Below, one piece after another: positions 44,296 to 57,100 of a DNA stretch of 64,000 nucleotides. The notes under the pieces were generated by a model that saw only the letters and a program-made list of their open reading frames with translations, did no database searches and was not told the origin of the DNA. The stretch's first letter is position 1. Each line of letters starts with the position of its first letter. Source of the DNA: Lingula anatina (taxonomy: Eukaryota > Animalia > Brachiopoda); contig CM120640.1 of assembly GCA_051362555.1 (NCBI GenBank), forward strand, positions 46,416,788 to 46,480,787. Reading direction: 5' to 3'. The position numbers and the translations under genes are program-made.

Positions 44296-44918
44296 AATGT
44301 CAAATATTTCAAGACTTGAGTCGTCCGAGTATGTTCTCCTCATCAAAAATACAAGGCAGATAAAGTTATTATCATCATCATTCAGTGCCCTGCTGTTCAG
44401 CGTTGGTGATCATGTCTATCCACACATATTGGTCCCGAGTGGCTCTCAGCAAGTCAACCGTCATCTCCAGTCCCATCCAGGGCATGGGCCTCCTTACCAG
44501 ACGAGGTTTATTTATATAAATTCTTATAATACTGGAGTTTTTGTATATTACATATAATACTGTAATTTTGTGGCATACTGCAGACATTTTGATGCATCAA
44601 ACTCTTTCTTACTGAACTGTATGGACATGCACTTATGGCATAAATTTTTGTCTGTTCATTTTAGCTTCACTTTATTTCATAAAGTTAATGTATAAAACTT
44701 ACTTCCCAAACAAGCGACTTTTTTTTTTGTTGACAAGCACAGCACAAATATTGTTACTTACATTGACTGATCTTAACCTGGGAGCCACATTACTAAAAAG
44801 ATCAAGTTATCACAATGATCAACCTCAACTATAAAGGCATCTGACATCCTGACTGACAATTTGGGTTTTAAGGTATACCAGGTTGACAGTAAGTTCTTAC
44901 AATAAATCCAGTGTTTGT

Positions 44919-44931
44919 AATAAAATTTATT
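44919..44931. terminator. Candidate shared bidirectional poly(A) signal for CPSF3 and RAD54B
   Basis: AATAAA-A-TTTATT between convergent stops at 44295 and 45106; another + strand AATAAA at 44901. Confidence 0.45.
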
Positions 44932-45105
44932 ATGCTTACATAATGTAATGTCCATTATCAAGAGAGTATAGTCATCTTGAAAAAAATTTGCAAAGACCCT
45001 GTTGATGATCCATTATCAGCTACTTTGACTATCTATAGTCCAGCTTTTGATTCTTCACAAAATTTAATCTCTTTAGCACTGCTTCATTTTAGTGTCTTTG
45101 TAGCT

Positions 45106-48100
45106 TCAGCATTCTAAATGCATTTTTGACAATAGTTCTTTATTTAGTTGACTTGAAGCTCTTTCATTTTTAAATATCATAGTAATCCAATCACTTGCTG
45201 CACACAAGGGATCCCCCTAGAAATAGAAGACTGACGTAAATTGTTGTCCTATCAACTGATGTTTTGCAATTTAACAAAATTCTAAAAATTTCTAAGGCTA
45301 GATGTCCGTTAGATCTAGCCATTACAGTCTGTGATTTATATAAACTATACAATGCGTGTATTAAGATTTCACTACCCTGGTACTGATGGGAAGAACTATT
45401 TTCGGTTCAGTTAACAATTTAGAAAAAAGAGTAAAAACTACAAAGGCTGTGTCAAGCATGCATTTATTACCTTTTCTGGTACTATTTTGTGCTCCCAATC
45501 AAGCAGGTTTTCCATTCCAAAGTGCTTCTGCAAGAGAGGAAATAATTACTAGTTACAAATTACTAGACTTAAATATTTTATTACATGTGTCCAAGCTTCT
45601 CTACTTGAATTTATACCCCTACCATATAAAATATTGTTTGAATATCTGAGCAAATGATAAAATACCAAGGTCATCAATTCTGTAAACATCAGTTGGTTTT
45701 TCAAAAAACAGTTACTTACCTTGACACTAGCCTTATTAATCCCGAGCTGACACTGCCTGTTGCTGCTACTACTACTTGGTTCAACAAGGGATACCACCTT
45801 CCTTCCAGAACACTCACACTGCAGCATGTCATGTGTCACACAGACACTATCCTCCTGCAAAGTGAATATATCTCTCAACTCATCTTGGGAGAAACCTATA
45901 CTGCCATCTATCTTACTGTCCACCACTGCCCCACTCAAACCTTGTTTGATAATTTGTCGCTGATAGATTTTTTCTTCAATTGTTCCCTGAAGATGCAATA
46001 GAAAAGGATGTACATATTGTATGCCAAATTCAATACTGTTGTTTTCTGCCTAATATGTAACAGTGCATATCATTTGATCCTCAGCTTTTTAATTAAAATT
46101 TTCCACCCCAAAAAATAAAGTAGACTAAATATGACTTATGCATGACTTACAGTAGTGATAAGTCGGTATATATGGACTGTTCTTTTCTGTCCATCTCTCC
46201 ACACTCTTGCCATAGCCTAAAATACAAAATGGTACATTCAATGAAAAATATATAAAAAATTAGTTTTTACAGGTTAATTTGGTATTGGGCAAAAATATGA
46301 AAAATGTCAAACACACATGTAATGTATGAGTGCACAAATTTTCTATCACAAAAAAATTATACACAATACATAAAATCATAAGTGTAAAATTCAAATTTTA
46401 GATGTAATATATCTAACATGTAAAAAAACCTAGCACTAAGCACAAAGCCCAGGTAGGCAGGATTGTACCTGTAGGTCTGTGGCAGGGTTCCAGTCTATGT
46501 CATACAACACAATCCTAGAGGCACCAATAAGGTTCAATCCTATCCCACCAGCCTTAGAACTCAACAGAAAGACAGCTGAATGGCAAAATGTTATTATCAT
46601 CAAGTGATTGTCTGAAAAACTATGACTTATGACCATATGTACATAGGATAAGAAAATGACAGGTTATTATCCAATCAGCCAATATCTTATTTTCAGTTGG
46701 TAAAATTACAGACACTTTGACAAGGCAAAAAAGACAGTGGCTGCTTCTGTTGTCTACTAATTATAAACAATGAATCTATCAAGTTAAACAATACACAACT
46801 TATCTAATGTACTAATTTACTTACTGTGTTGGGAGTATTTAGAATTGAACAAATTGACAATCTCCTGTCTCTTGTCTGTGGGTGTCTGTCCATCCAAACG
46901 AAGGAATTTGTAACCATGACCTTTCACGATAGTTTCAAGGATATCTAATGTCTGAAAAGATATTTTTGGTCATTTCTCTTTCCTTAAAACATTTTTCAAG
47001 TAAGAAAAATATCTGGATTAATCGTCTTATGTATTACTTGTAATTGTCTCTCTTTATCGCTTGCTCCATGTGGAGCAGAGGGTGTCAAACAAATCCTACT
47101 CACTAGTTGCCCTCTTCTATTCAAGTAGTGTGTTATGTGTTGTGTATACATACTGTCTACTTTCAACAATTCATTGTCCTTGTGTAGAAATTTCAAATAA
47201 TAAAATATGTGGTAAAAAAAAGGACGGAATATGCGTCATAAACAATACCTTTGTGTAATTAGAGACGACAACAACTTTTTCCTGAGACTGTACAATTGAA
47301 GACAGTAGTGTGAGCAGTACAGTAAGTTTGCCAACTTCATCAGAGCTTGGTTCTTGCATGCTGTAATTGTCTGGGAAATGCTGCAGTAGCCCAATAAATG
47401 GTGAGGACTACAATGTATCAAAAAATACACAAAATTTTTTTTCCAGTCTGTACAACAAATCTATTATAGCATTTTTTTGCTTTAATCTTAACAATAAAAA
47501 ATTTCCACCTTATATAAAATGGTGAATTCTTTTCTCTACTTTTTAATCATCACTGGTCTGCCAATAAAGGGAGTAAAATGTGAATGTAAACAAAAAAATG
47601 AATTTTCAAAAGCAACATTTTTGTAAACGATACCCTAACTTACAGACATGTCCATACGTTCACTGCACTCTTCTGCCTCTCTTGCTGCCTCATATATTAA
47701 ACATGGATGGTTACATAGCTTTTTCAATGCCCCTATGCCCACAAGATGAGAGGCTGTATTGCTTACATCCTGAAGGCATCTGCGCACAGCTCGAGAGTTA
47801 AGGATCTGTCTATATAATTGCAACTGTACTTCACTAGGACGGCAAAATACAACATATTCAACTGTAAAAAAGACAGATGAAATTGGTAGACTACGTTACA
47901 AAAATGTTAAGCAGTGCAAAAATACATTAACAAGGCAAGGACCACAATGCAAAGAAATTACTTTTCTACGAAACTTACCTAAATTGATGCAATTTTCCAT
48001 GATTTCACTACCTTACTCATCTTCCAAACAGTCCACATCCAAATATACACTGCCCCCTCAAATCTTAAGACACACCACAAAGTTTATAGTACCTTTGGGT

Positions 48101-51100
48101 GGTAGATATTGGTCATTGACCTCTTGAGTCCTCCTGAGGATAAACTGTTTGGTGAGCTGAGATAATTCATCTGAGCGTGTTCTGCCCAGCTCCAACTCTT
48201 CAGGCAAAGCACCTGGCTGACGAGATGCCAGGATTGGAACCTCATAGATATTGTGGAAGGCTGAACTGGTGCCTGCAGTAGTTTGATTCAAGTACTTTTT
48301 ATATTACATATGAATATATCAGAATAACAGAATCACTTCTGATGAAAATCATGGCATTGGTTGACTGAATGTATACATTATTGAATAATTCAAGTAAAAT
48401 GATCGTGTAAAACAATGAGATTCTCATGTACTTATTAACTTCACTGTACAGGCCTCTGATTTAAAGGGACAAAAAATAGGATTAAAAACGCCTTTTTAGT
48501 GCATGGATTGCTTCTTTTTTAACTTATCTGAGAACAATTGCTATGGGTAAAGCATAAAATGGCAGGTAAATGGCCTTAATCAATATCGAAAAAAAGAATC
48601 ATATTCACCGTCCACTTTCGAACCCCGGGCGTCAGCCATCTTGACACACAGTTTGAAATAACGCGGCTTCTCGACTCAGATACGAGATGTAAACAATGCA
48701 GACAGCATGTCGTTTCGAAGGTGAGCGTGGACGTGAAGGAGAAGAGGAATTGCTCACCGAATCTTTGCAGGTAAGCGAGTTATATTTACCAAAAGTACTT
48801 TAAAATGGGAAGATGGCAGTGGAAATCAAAATGTCTGGCAGAGGAAGTTAAAAAGCGTAGATAACTGCTAATAATTAACGTTTCCTCGGGTAACGCACTC
48901 GCAGCCAAATCACTCGCACTGGGTACGTACTACTAGTTATATGAAGCGAGATAGTGCACTTTACCCCTGAGGTGTATAGTTCTGTAAAGCAGGAGGAATA
49001 CCCTTTTCTGCTCAATGTGGTCATCTACCAGTACTTACAGACTAACCTCACACCATATTCTCGCAGGGGAATCCCATGAGATATACAATGTAACTCGAGT
49101 ACTAGTGGGGTTAGAGGGTGTTCTTTGTACGGCACGTAACTACGTTAGCTTATTTGTAAATTCAATAATATTGTCAATGAATATGATTATAAGGAATGAT
49201 TTTTTAGCCTTTCAGAGGAGGAATTGGGTGATACACCCCTTCAAGCACGAGTGAAGAGATCAGGTATGTTAATAATTTTAGCAGTATAACATGGGCGGAT
49301 CCAGGATTATTTGAAAGGGGGGGGGGGGGGGTCCGCGGCCTGCTTAAAACTTTGGTATTTTAGAGGGTGAACAGTGCCATTTGGTACGGTTTAGCACTTT
49401 ACTGTAGTAAATTAGCTAGTCAAAATTCTAATTCCAAGTGGGGAATATTAGTGTGATTTTTTTACATCAGTTCTTTGAAACCATGTGTGATTATGTTATT
49501 TCTTCTTGTGGCCTTTATGATTTAATGCAGCTGCAGATATTTAAATTTAATTTTTTTTTTTTTGCCATAATCAGACTTGCTTCTTTATAATAAGCTGGTT
49601 ATCATGTAGTGATCATGCCCTCTTAATTTGTTGATTTTTGTTAAAGAATAGTGCTGTTATGATAATATCAATACATTTTTTTCTTTATAACCATTTTATG
49701 TAATTTTACTATTACAGTGCCTCAAGTTATGTCTGGAAAACTCATACCAGGAAGCACTCCAATCTTACAATACTGCATCACTTCAATGTCGGTGTGACAA
49801 GTTGTGTAAAAGACTGCTACAAAAAATTTGCAGCGATGACCACATGATCCACCACCTTTTACCAAAACCGAGTGAACAGTTTTATATTATAATGCCCATG
49901 TACATGTATTTAAAGTGACAAGACTGAGATCAGCGAGAGCCTCAAGGCCTTTATTTTCTGTGCATTGTCAACTCTTCAATAATTTTATAATTTTGTCAAA
50001 TACATCCAAAGATTCAATTCTAATGCAATACTTGAAAACTTTTTTAGAATATATTTTAATGTCGAACATGTTTTTCTAAGAACTAGCCCTTTAGTAAATT
50101 AACATGTACTATCCAACTGTTATTATTAATTAACATATTGTTATGTACAAAGCATAAGCTGCAGTATCAATGAAGCATTAACTGGGTAGAGATTATGAAT
50201 GAAATAAAAGTTTAAATATTGAAACATCTTTTATTTATATTTGGCAAAAATACAAGAATAAACAAAGTTTGCTACATAAGTTTGGAATTTGGCCAAATCA
50301 TCTTTATTATTACCTGTCACATGTAATGAATAAGACATACACAGATTCTGTAAGCTAGAATGCATAATTATTTTCATACTCATTAATGCCATCTTCATAA
50401 ATAAGCCTTCTATTCAAGCATTCACAAACTTTCACATTGTGCAGTACACATTATAGTATGATAACATTTTTGAGAGAGACTTATTAATAGCCAGGCTATC
50501 ATGTTAAGAGTCTGATGTACATGCAGACCCATGAGGATTGCAGATCAACAAATTATCCCCCTCTCTGTCAGTGTATTGACTCATGTGAGCTGTCTCCATG
50601 CAAAGGGATGTGTCATAAGAAAGGACCAACCCAACTTACACAAACATAAATTGTTTCATCAGTAAGATATTCACACATACTTTTCCAAGATGTGCAGGGA
50701 ATAAATAGAAAGGTATAAATATTTCTTTAAAAATTACAGGCATAGCTTCCCTGCATGAATTCTAAATAATGGCTGAGTGGAGAATTGAATACAGGCACAA
50801 GTGTTCACTCAAACCATTTTTGTAGGTCTTAAAAGAAATGACATGCAGTCATTTGCCAAATACAGAATTTTATGCTGTAACAAAGTCACAAAACTGCAAC
50901 TGGTGATCTTACAAAATCTAACAACACACTGGTTTAAAATCAAGTTGAAATCACAATATGCCACCAGTACCATATTCCATAATACATTTGATGTCATTTA
51001 GATTTAAGAAGTAAATGCTGGACCAAAATGGTTTATTCTCAATATCAGGCATATGACTTAGGTTTGGGAGGAAAGACCACCTTGATTTCCAATCTGTCTG

Positions 51101-54100
51101 CATTATAGCATACATGTAAGTGCTAGATGGTTTGAAGTCAGCAGATTATGCTTTGTCACATTGGCAAGATGAGTTCACTGAATATATCCTGTAAGCAGCA
51201 CTCGAAAGTCAGGAAAAGTCTCTCACTATCCAACTCGTCCCCGCTTTGGACCCTCAAGAAAAGTTAATCTTTTTTTGGTGGAGAGCCATGGAGTTCCTCT
51301 TCCATGTAAAAAACTCTTCTTCAGGACATCATACTGGCAGTTGCTCATAACCTTTAGGTCTAAAAAAGCAAATCAAAATAATAATAATAATAATTTATTA
51401 AGATTGCAACCCAGTGGGTTGAAGTTGTACATAGTGTTAAAAAAATTATAATGAAAATAAAGTGAATATTTGCTTGAATTAAACTGAGTTAAAAGACTGC
51501 TAATTGAACTTTAAAATTATTGTACTTAGGATAAAAGACAACATAATACTATTGGAAATTTAAAAGTGCATACCGAATAAAAGAGCATCAGAATCTGTCG
51601 GTCTTAAATTGTGGCACTTTGTTACTATTGTTTGATCTTAAAAGACGATTGGATTGATCAATAAAGATGTGATTCAGTTTGTCAGAGGATTCAGTTATTT
51701 TGTAAAAGAAAGTTTTGCACAATCTCTTAGTTTATCTAAAGTACACATATGCCAGGTTCAGGGTTTCATCATAGTATAGGTCAGGGAAAATAATCTTCAA
51801 AGCACAAGTTTGGTCAGTCTCTTAGAGTTTGCATTGCTCTATAGTTAGTCCTGGATGCCACACAGGGCAGGCATATTCTAGAATTGAGTGCACAATACTT
51901 TGGTAAAGCTTAGCTCGTTTCAGTTGACGGAGGAAATAGAGTCTTGCATTATGTTTACATTATGTGTCGCCAATTTGGAAAAAAAATTGATAAAAGAGAA
52001 ATCATGCACCTATATGCCTAATATATGAGGAGTGAATATCAGCTTATTAAAATTCTGCTTACTCTAAAGACATGTTTTAGTCCCATGTTGGATCATCAGG
52101 ATCCTTTAATTCCCTCTTCTTCAGCATCTTCCTCCTCTTCCATCTGCACTTCTTCCAGTTCAGGCATACCATAGGAAAAAGTTACCTTGATACTGCAACC
52201 AAAAAAAAAAAAAAGCAACAGTACATAAAATAAGATAATCGAGTTTGAGAAAAATTATGTAAAAACATAACTGAAATAAGTATAAAACTCAACTGAAATA
52301 AGTATAAATGCCATTTTTCTCAATATGATCACCTTAAATTATCTAGACTGTCATCTTCAACTGCACTAGTATTAACTACAACTTAATTTTGAAGTTTCTT
52401 GATCACTTCATATTGGTTTAATCTCCGAAATACTGGTTGGAAGTTAAAATTGTATGATCTAAATTATTACTCTGGACTATTTAATACATTAGAGAGATGT
52501 ACCAAACATAAACATGCAATATCCCCTTTCTGATTTATTTATTTTTAATGTAAAAAGGAGACAAATTGTCTTTAAAATATAAAATCAAAATACTACTATT
52601 TATTTTCACTTATAGTTGACATGCCATTTAACATTGGGTTAAACTTAGATACAATAACAGCTTCTGCACATTCATTTTGGGATTTAGATGCCTAAAGAAA
52701 TAGCATCTTTGTCATATGTCTTAATTACTGTGGTATGCCTAGATGTTAGAGGCACAAGAAATGTGCCCTCGGTAAGTCAAAAATTCGCCCTGGCCATTGT
52801 AATGTATATGTAATGAGACTAGTATCTCCCACCATGTCCGTTTTTATTTAAACTTTCTTTGCTCTATAAACTAACCCAAACCCTGTCAGAGTCGACATAT
52901 GAGCAACACTTTCTGTCATCGATACCACTCATATTAGTTACAATTTCATGGCATATTTTGACAGACGAGCCTGACAATCGTTAAGATATACAACGAACAC
53001 ACGTAAATAAACATAAATCTCTGTGCTTAATAAATATTTTCACTGGTGTCTTATCTCAAAGATTATTGTAAATGGTACTCACAAATCCAGTAAATACTTC
53101 GCGGCCAGGCCATTCTTCGTATCCATGGCCACCCAAGCAGGTTTTCATCTGCCTTCTTCCTCGCCGGTGTTTATTGTTTGCCTGTCGTACATTTCCTGAT
53201 ACACTGTTTTACGCATGTTTTTTGTAAAGGCTGTTTCTTTTTTCTTTTTGTTATCTGTCTTCGCTTCTTCGAAGGACTCCCAGCATATCTGAGCCTCCTG
53301 TTTCACGTTGTCCTTTCCCGGCAGCTTGAACTGGTTTTAACTAGGTCGCAATACGAGAATCTCGCGAGATCCGGAAGTCTAGAGAGCTCAATTATGAAAA
53401 TGGAGGTGGTTGTTGGTAAACCTCCGCTTAAGCGGAGGTTTTCTTTTTATTGTATTTTCCAAAAATGTTACAGAGCGATGGCGTGTGCCGGGAATGATAG
53501 ATTAAAGGTTGGTAAATCGCGGAAAAGTAGTGTTAACCTCGGGATAAATCAGGATAAATCAATTTTGGCGCGAAAATCCTCTTTTGTGTCCTTTTAAGAT
53601 GAATGCAATTATCATCCAAGAGCGTTTCAGTAACTTTTTACCTAGAATTCCAGGGTTGCAGAAGTCCACCAAGGAGAAGAACTCCTGTAGGTCATTCTGT
53701 ATGGGAGTACCTGTGAGTACCACCCTCCTCTGGACAGAGAGACTGGACATTAGCTGAAATGTGTTAATAAGATATCTCAACAGCACAAAACTTGTTTTTT
53801 ACATTTATCTTACTATGCATAACACCTATTAAGAAATGAATTGAGAAGTTCATTCCATCCACATTGTAATTACAGTCAAAGAAAAAAGTCACACTTAGAG
53901 GCAAAAGAAGAATTTATAACTGTCCTAGAAGGTCCCTTAATGTGACGGTCTTACTGAAGTAGTCTTGATGGAGGAATTCTTCAGCCTGTGTCCTTCATCA
54001 CAAACAATAAGATCAAACTTGACCTGTTTGATGTGTTCTATGTGCCTAACTAACATCTCATAGGACACCACTAAGACAGGGTGGAAAGAAGTGAGGAAGT

Positions 54101-57100
54101 CCTGAAATCATGAAATTAAAAAAGTTTAGAAAAATAAGACATAATCAACTGGGTTTCTTAAGTTAATACTGTGGCTGACTATAAAGGAAAAACGGGGATC
54201 AGCTTGAGTAAAAACTGACTTATTATGTTATAAATATTAACTAATTTTTGCTAGTGACACACCTTAACCTTTTTCTCCTTGGTTACAGCAAACACTGCTA
54301 GTCTCTCCTTACCAAGCCATTTATGGAACTCATGGCACCAGTTCTGCAAAGATGAAGTAAAATTCAACACAGTAAGATAAATCTATATAAACAGCTCAAT
54401 TCTTTTCCATTCCCTTGTTTGCTGTACTTATCATCTTCTCATTTACAAAGCAGCCATGATAAATGAACACATATATATACCCCACCAAGACTAGATGAAA
54501 ATACTTAAAAATATATCACTGATATACCTTGTAGCTGATTATATAACAAAATTTTTGTTTCTCACCTTCACCAGACTGCCTGGCGTCACAACCAGCACCC
54601 TCTTTACAACAGCATTCCCACCATATGGTCCTTGCTTTAACAGGGTCCTGGAACAGAAAAACACTTGCTGGGAAGTAACTGTGGTCTTCTGATGTGTTAT
54701 AAGTATTGTGCTGGGAGGCCATGGTAATTGTTATTGTAATATATATTCTAGATAATTTTATACCATACTCTGTTTTTTTTTGTTTTTATTCTAATGATAA
54801 GACTGATAGTAATAAAATCTTACCAAAAAAAAAAAAGTGGCTTTATTTACCATATTAAAGCTATGCATTGCAGTGTCTTTCCAAGTCCCATCTCATCTCT
54901 AAAAGAAAAGGAAATATCCTTACTTAATATATCTTAAAAATCTAAGTATCAGATGTTTTCCATAGGATAAATTCTCTTTAAGAAACTAATTTTTGTTGTT
55001 CCTCTGAATTTGCCTTGGCAACAGTATGAAAATAAACAAATTTTTCTTTTAAGATATAACTCTAATAGGGACAAAGACAAAAACCTTTTGACCTGCTACT
55101 ATGGTGCACTTTAATGAAATTGCACTCTTATACATGAATCCTGAATACAACAGGCAAATGTATATGCCATACTTACGCTAGTATTGCACCTTGCCCCACG
55201 TGTTCCCTCATCCCCATAACACACTGGTACAGGAAGGCAACCCCTTCTCTTTGGTGTGGTCTCAGATGACAGGCAACATGGGGGTCCACAACAACATCTA
55301 CCACAGGGGTGCCATTTTTATTGAACTGCCACTATAGTGGAAAGGATACAAGGATAAGACTATGGCAAATTTCAAACAGTAAACCAAACCATTAAATCTA
55401 TAGGTTCCTGCTTTTAGTATAACAATTATAAATTAGCAGTGCTTTTCCCTGTAGACTGGGTGAAACTTATTCAATGTTGCATTTTTCTATGTGGTCAGAT
55501 TAATTTCTAGTGTTAATCTTATTCCTGTTATTTCTGCTATTTTCAGCATCTCAATAAGGTTTTTACATATCTTTATACACGTTTTATTAAAATAGCTTTG
55601 TCTATACAACAGCGAAGTGTTCCTCACTTGATGAGTGGACGATGGTCTGAGCATGACCAGGGCACCTGGAGCCATGGGGTCAAATCTTGGTGTGACAACT
55701 GTCTGAGACTGTGACAACTTAGACTGGAAAGTCACATATGATATAAGAGTCACACACTTTGTATATGTTCATCAATTTAAATTATTTATTTAATAATTAA
55801 AGCAATAATAACTCTTCGTTTCGGCCAAAAAATGAATTTTCCTGGAGTAAACAACAATTTTCCCATACTTACCAATGGTTAATGAATCCATTTTTACATT
55901 CAAAGTTAGTCCCTGGTTTTTTTTCTTAAAAGTTTGGTTTTTTGTTAAGAGATTTTAACAGAGTATAGACATCAATGGAGGTCACGTGGTCTAAAGACAA
56001 GTTCAAATAACAGAATAAAAGCTATAACTGCTGTTTGTGTGGTAAAACAGAATATATTATATTTCTATGAGTTATTCACAAGGTTTTTATTATGAAATAT
56101 AGATCTCATACGAAGAGTTATTATCCCTTTAATTTCGATATCAGAACAATCATTAACCTTGCCATAGTAAGCATACTTAACCAGCATACCATGAAACTGT
56201 TTTAAAACAAGTACCTTATCTTTTACTACTAATACACACAATATGTATGCTCAAGTTTAATGTGTGCTATTTATTGCCAACTGTTAAAATACTGAAATGT
56301 TACTCTAAATTACTTGATTATAATAACTTCTAGATGAATTTTAATGAAAATGGCTGTATCAAATATAATGAAAATGGCCATATCATACCTTTGACTCAAC
56401 ATGGCCTGGTAAAGGACAGGTAAAGGGTTTGGGAGCAACTACAAAGAGAATGTATTGAGTGATGATTTTTCCTCAAATACACAAAAGCTTTTATTAGCAT
56501 AACTTGCTCTTAAAATCATCTAAAAGCAATTTACAAATATTTCCATTTTTCTGCACAGAAAGTACTGAATAATTTATTAAACTATCTGGTCTATACCTGG
56601 CACTGTTAGTTTGGGCTTCACTTGTTTAGAGAGCTCCCTCTTCTGAACAGCGTTAAAGCACCGTCCACTGGTATAAGCTTCTGTAGTCAAAGTGCCAGTG
56701 ATCTACAAAATGCAGGCATAATACAATCCACATAAAAGCAAGCAGATGTTCTAACTATGTTAACCTTGTAAAAGTACAAACTGTAATATTTGGTGGCATA
56801 AAAGGCAGTAAAATAAAAGCAACAACAACTTCCTCCTACACTGGAAAACAATTTGCTACCATACCTCAACTTCCTTGCTTCCAACTTTAAGAGTTGCTCC
56901 TTCCGGTAGGTTTTCCACTTCTTCAGCTTTGTAACCCTTGGCACAGCAGATCCTGATGGAAGAGAAACAATGAGAATGACCATTTCTATTATCCACAGCC
57001 AGAAAGGTTGTTACAACTGTATCACATAAACTTCCATCAAGCCAGAATCTATTCAAGAAAATTAAAAAAATTTAAAAAGAACTTGTGTATTTAAAATACA

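Larger units (their letters stand above)
48465..53593 (-). mobile_element. 5.1-kb degenerate Kolobok-like DNA transposon in a RAD54B intron
   Basis: Imperfect TIRs AGGGACAAAAAATAGGATT / (rc) AAGGACACAAAAGAGGATT with TTAA at 48461-64 and 53594-97; decayed minus-strand coding pieces [17 protein letters not shown] (~53083-53190), an acidic exon (~52110-52190), [15 protein letters not shown] (~51180-51224) and [11 protein letters not shown] (~50748-50780). Confidence 0.7.

Noticed and set aside
53178-53597. 139-aa + strand ORF
   Set aside because: Antisense to the decayed transposon exon within the element end; no recognisable domain.
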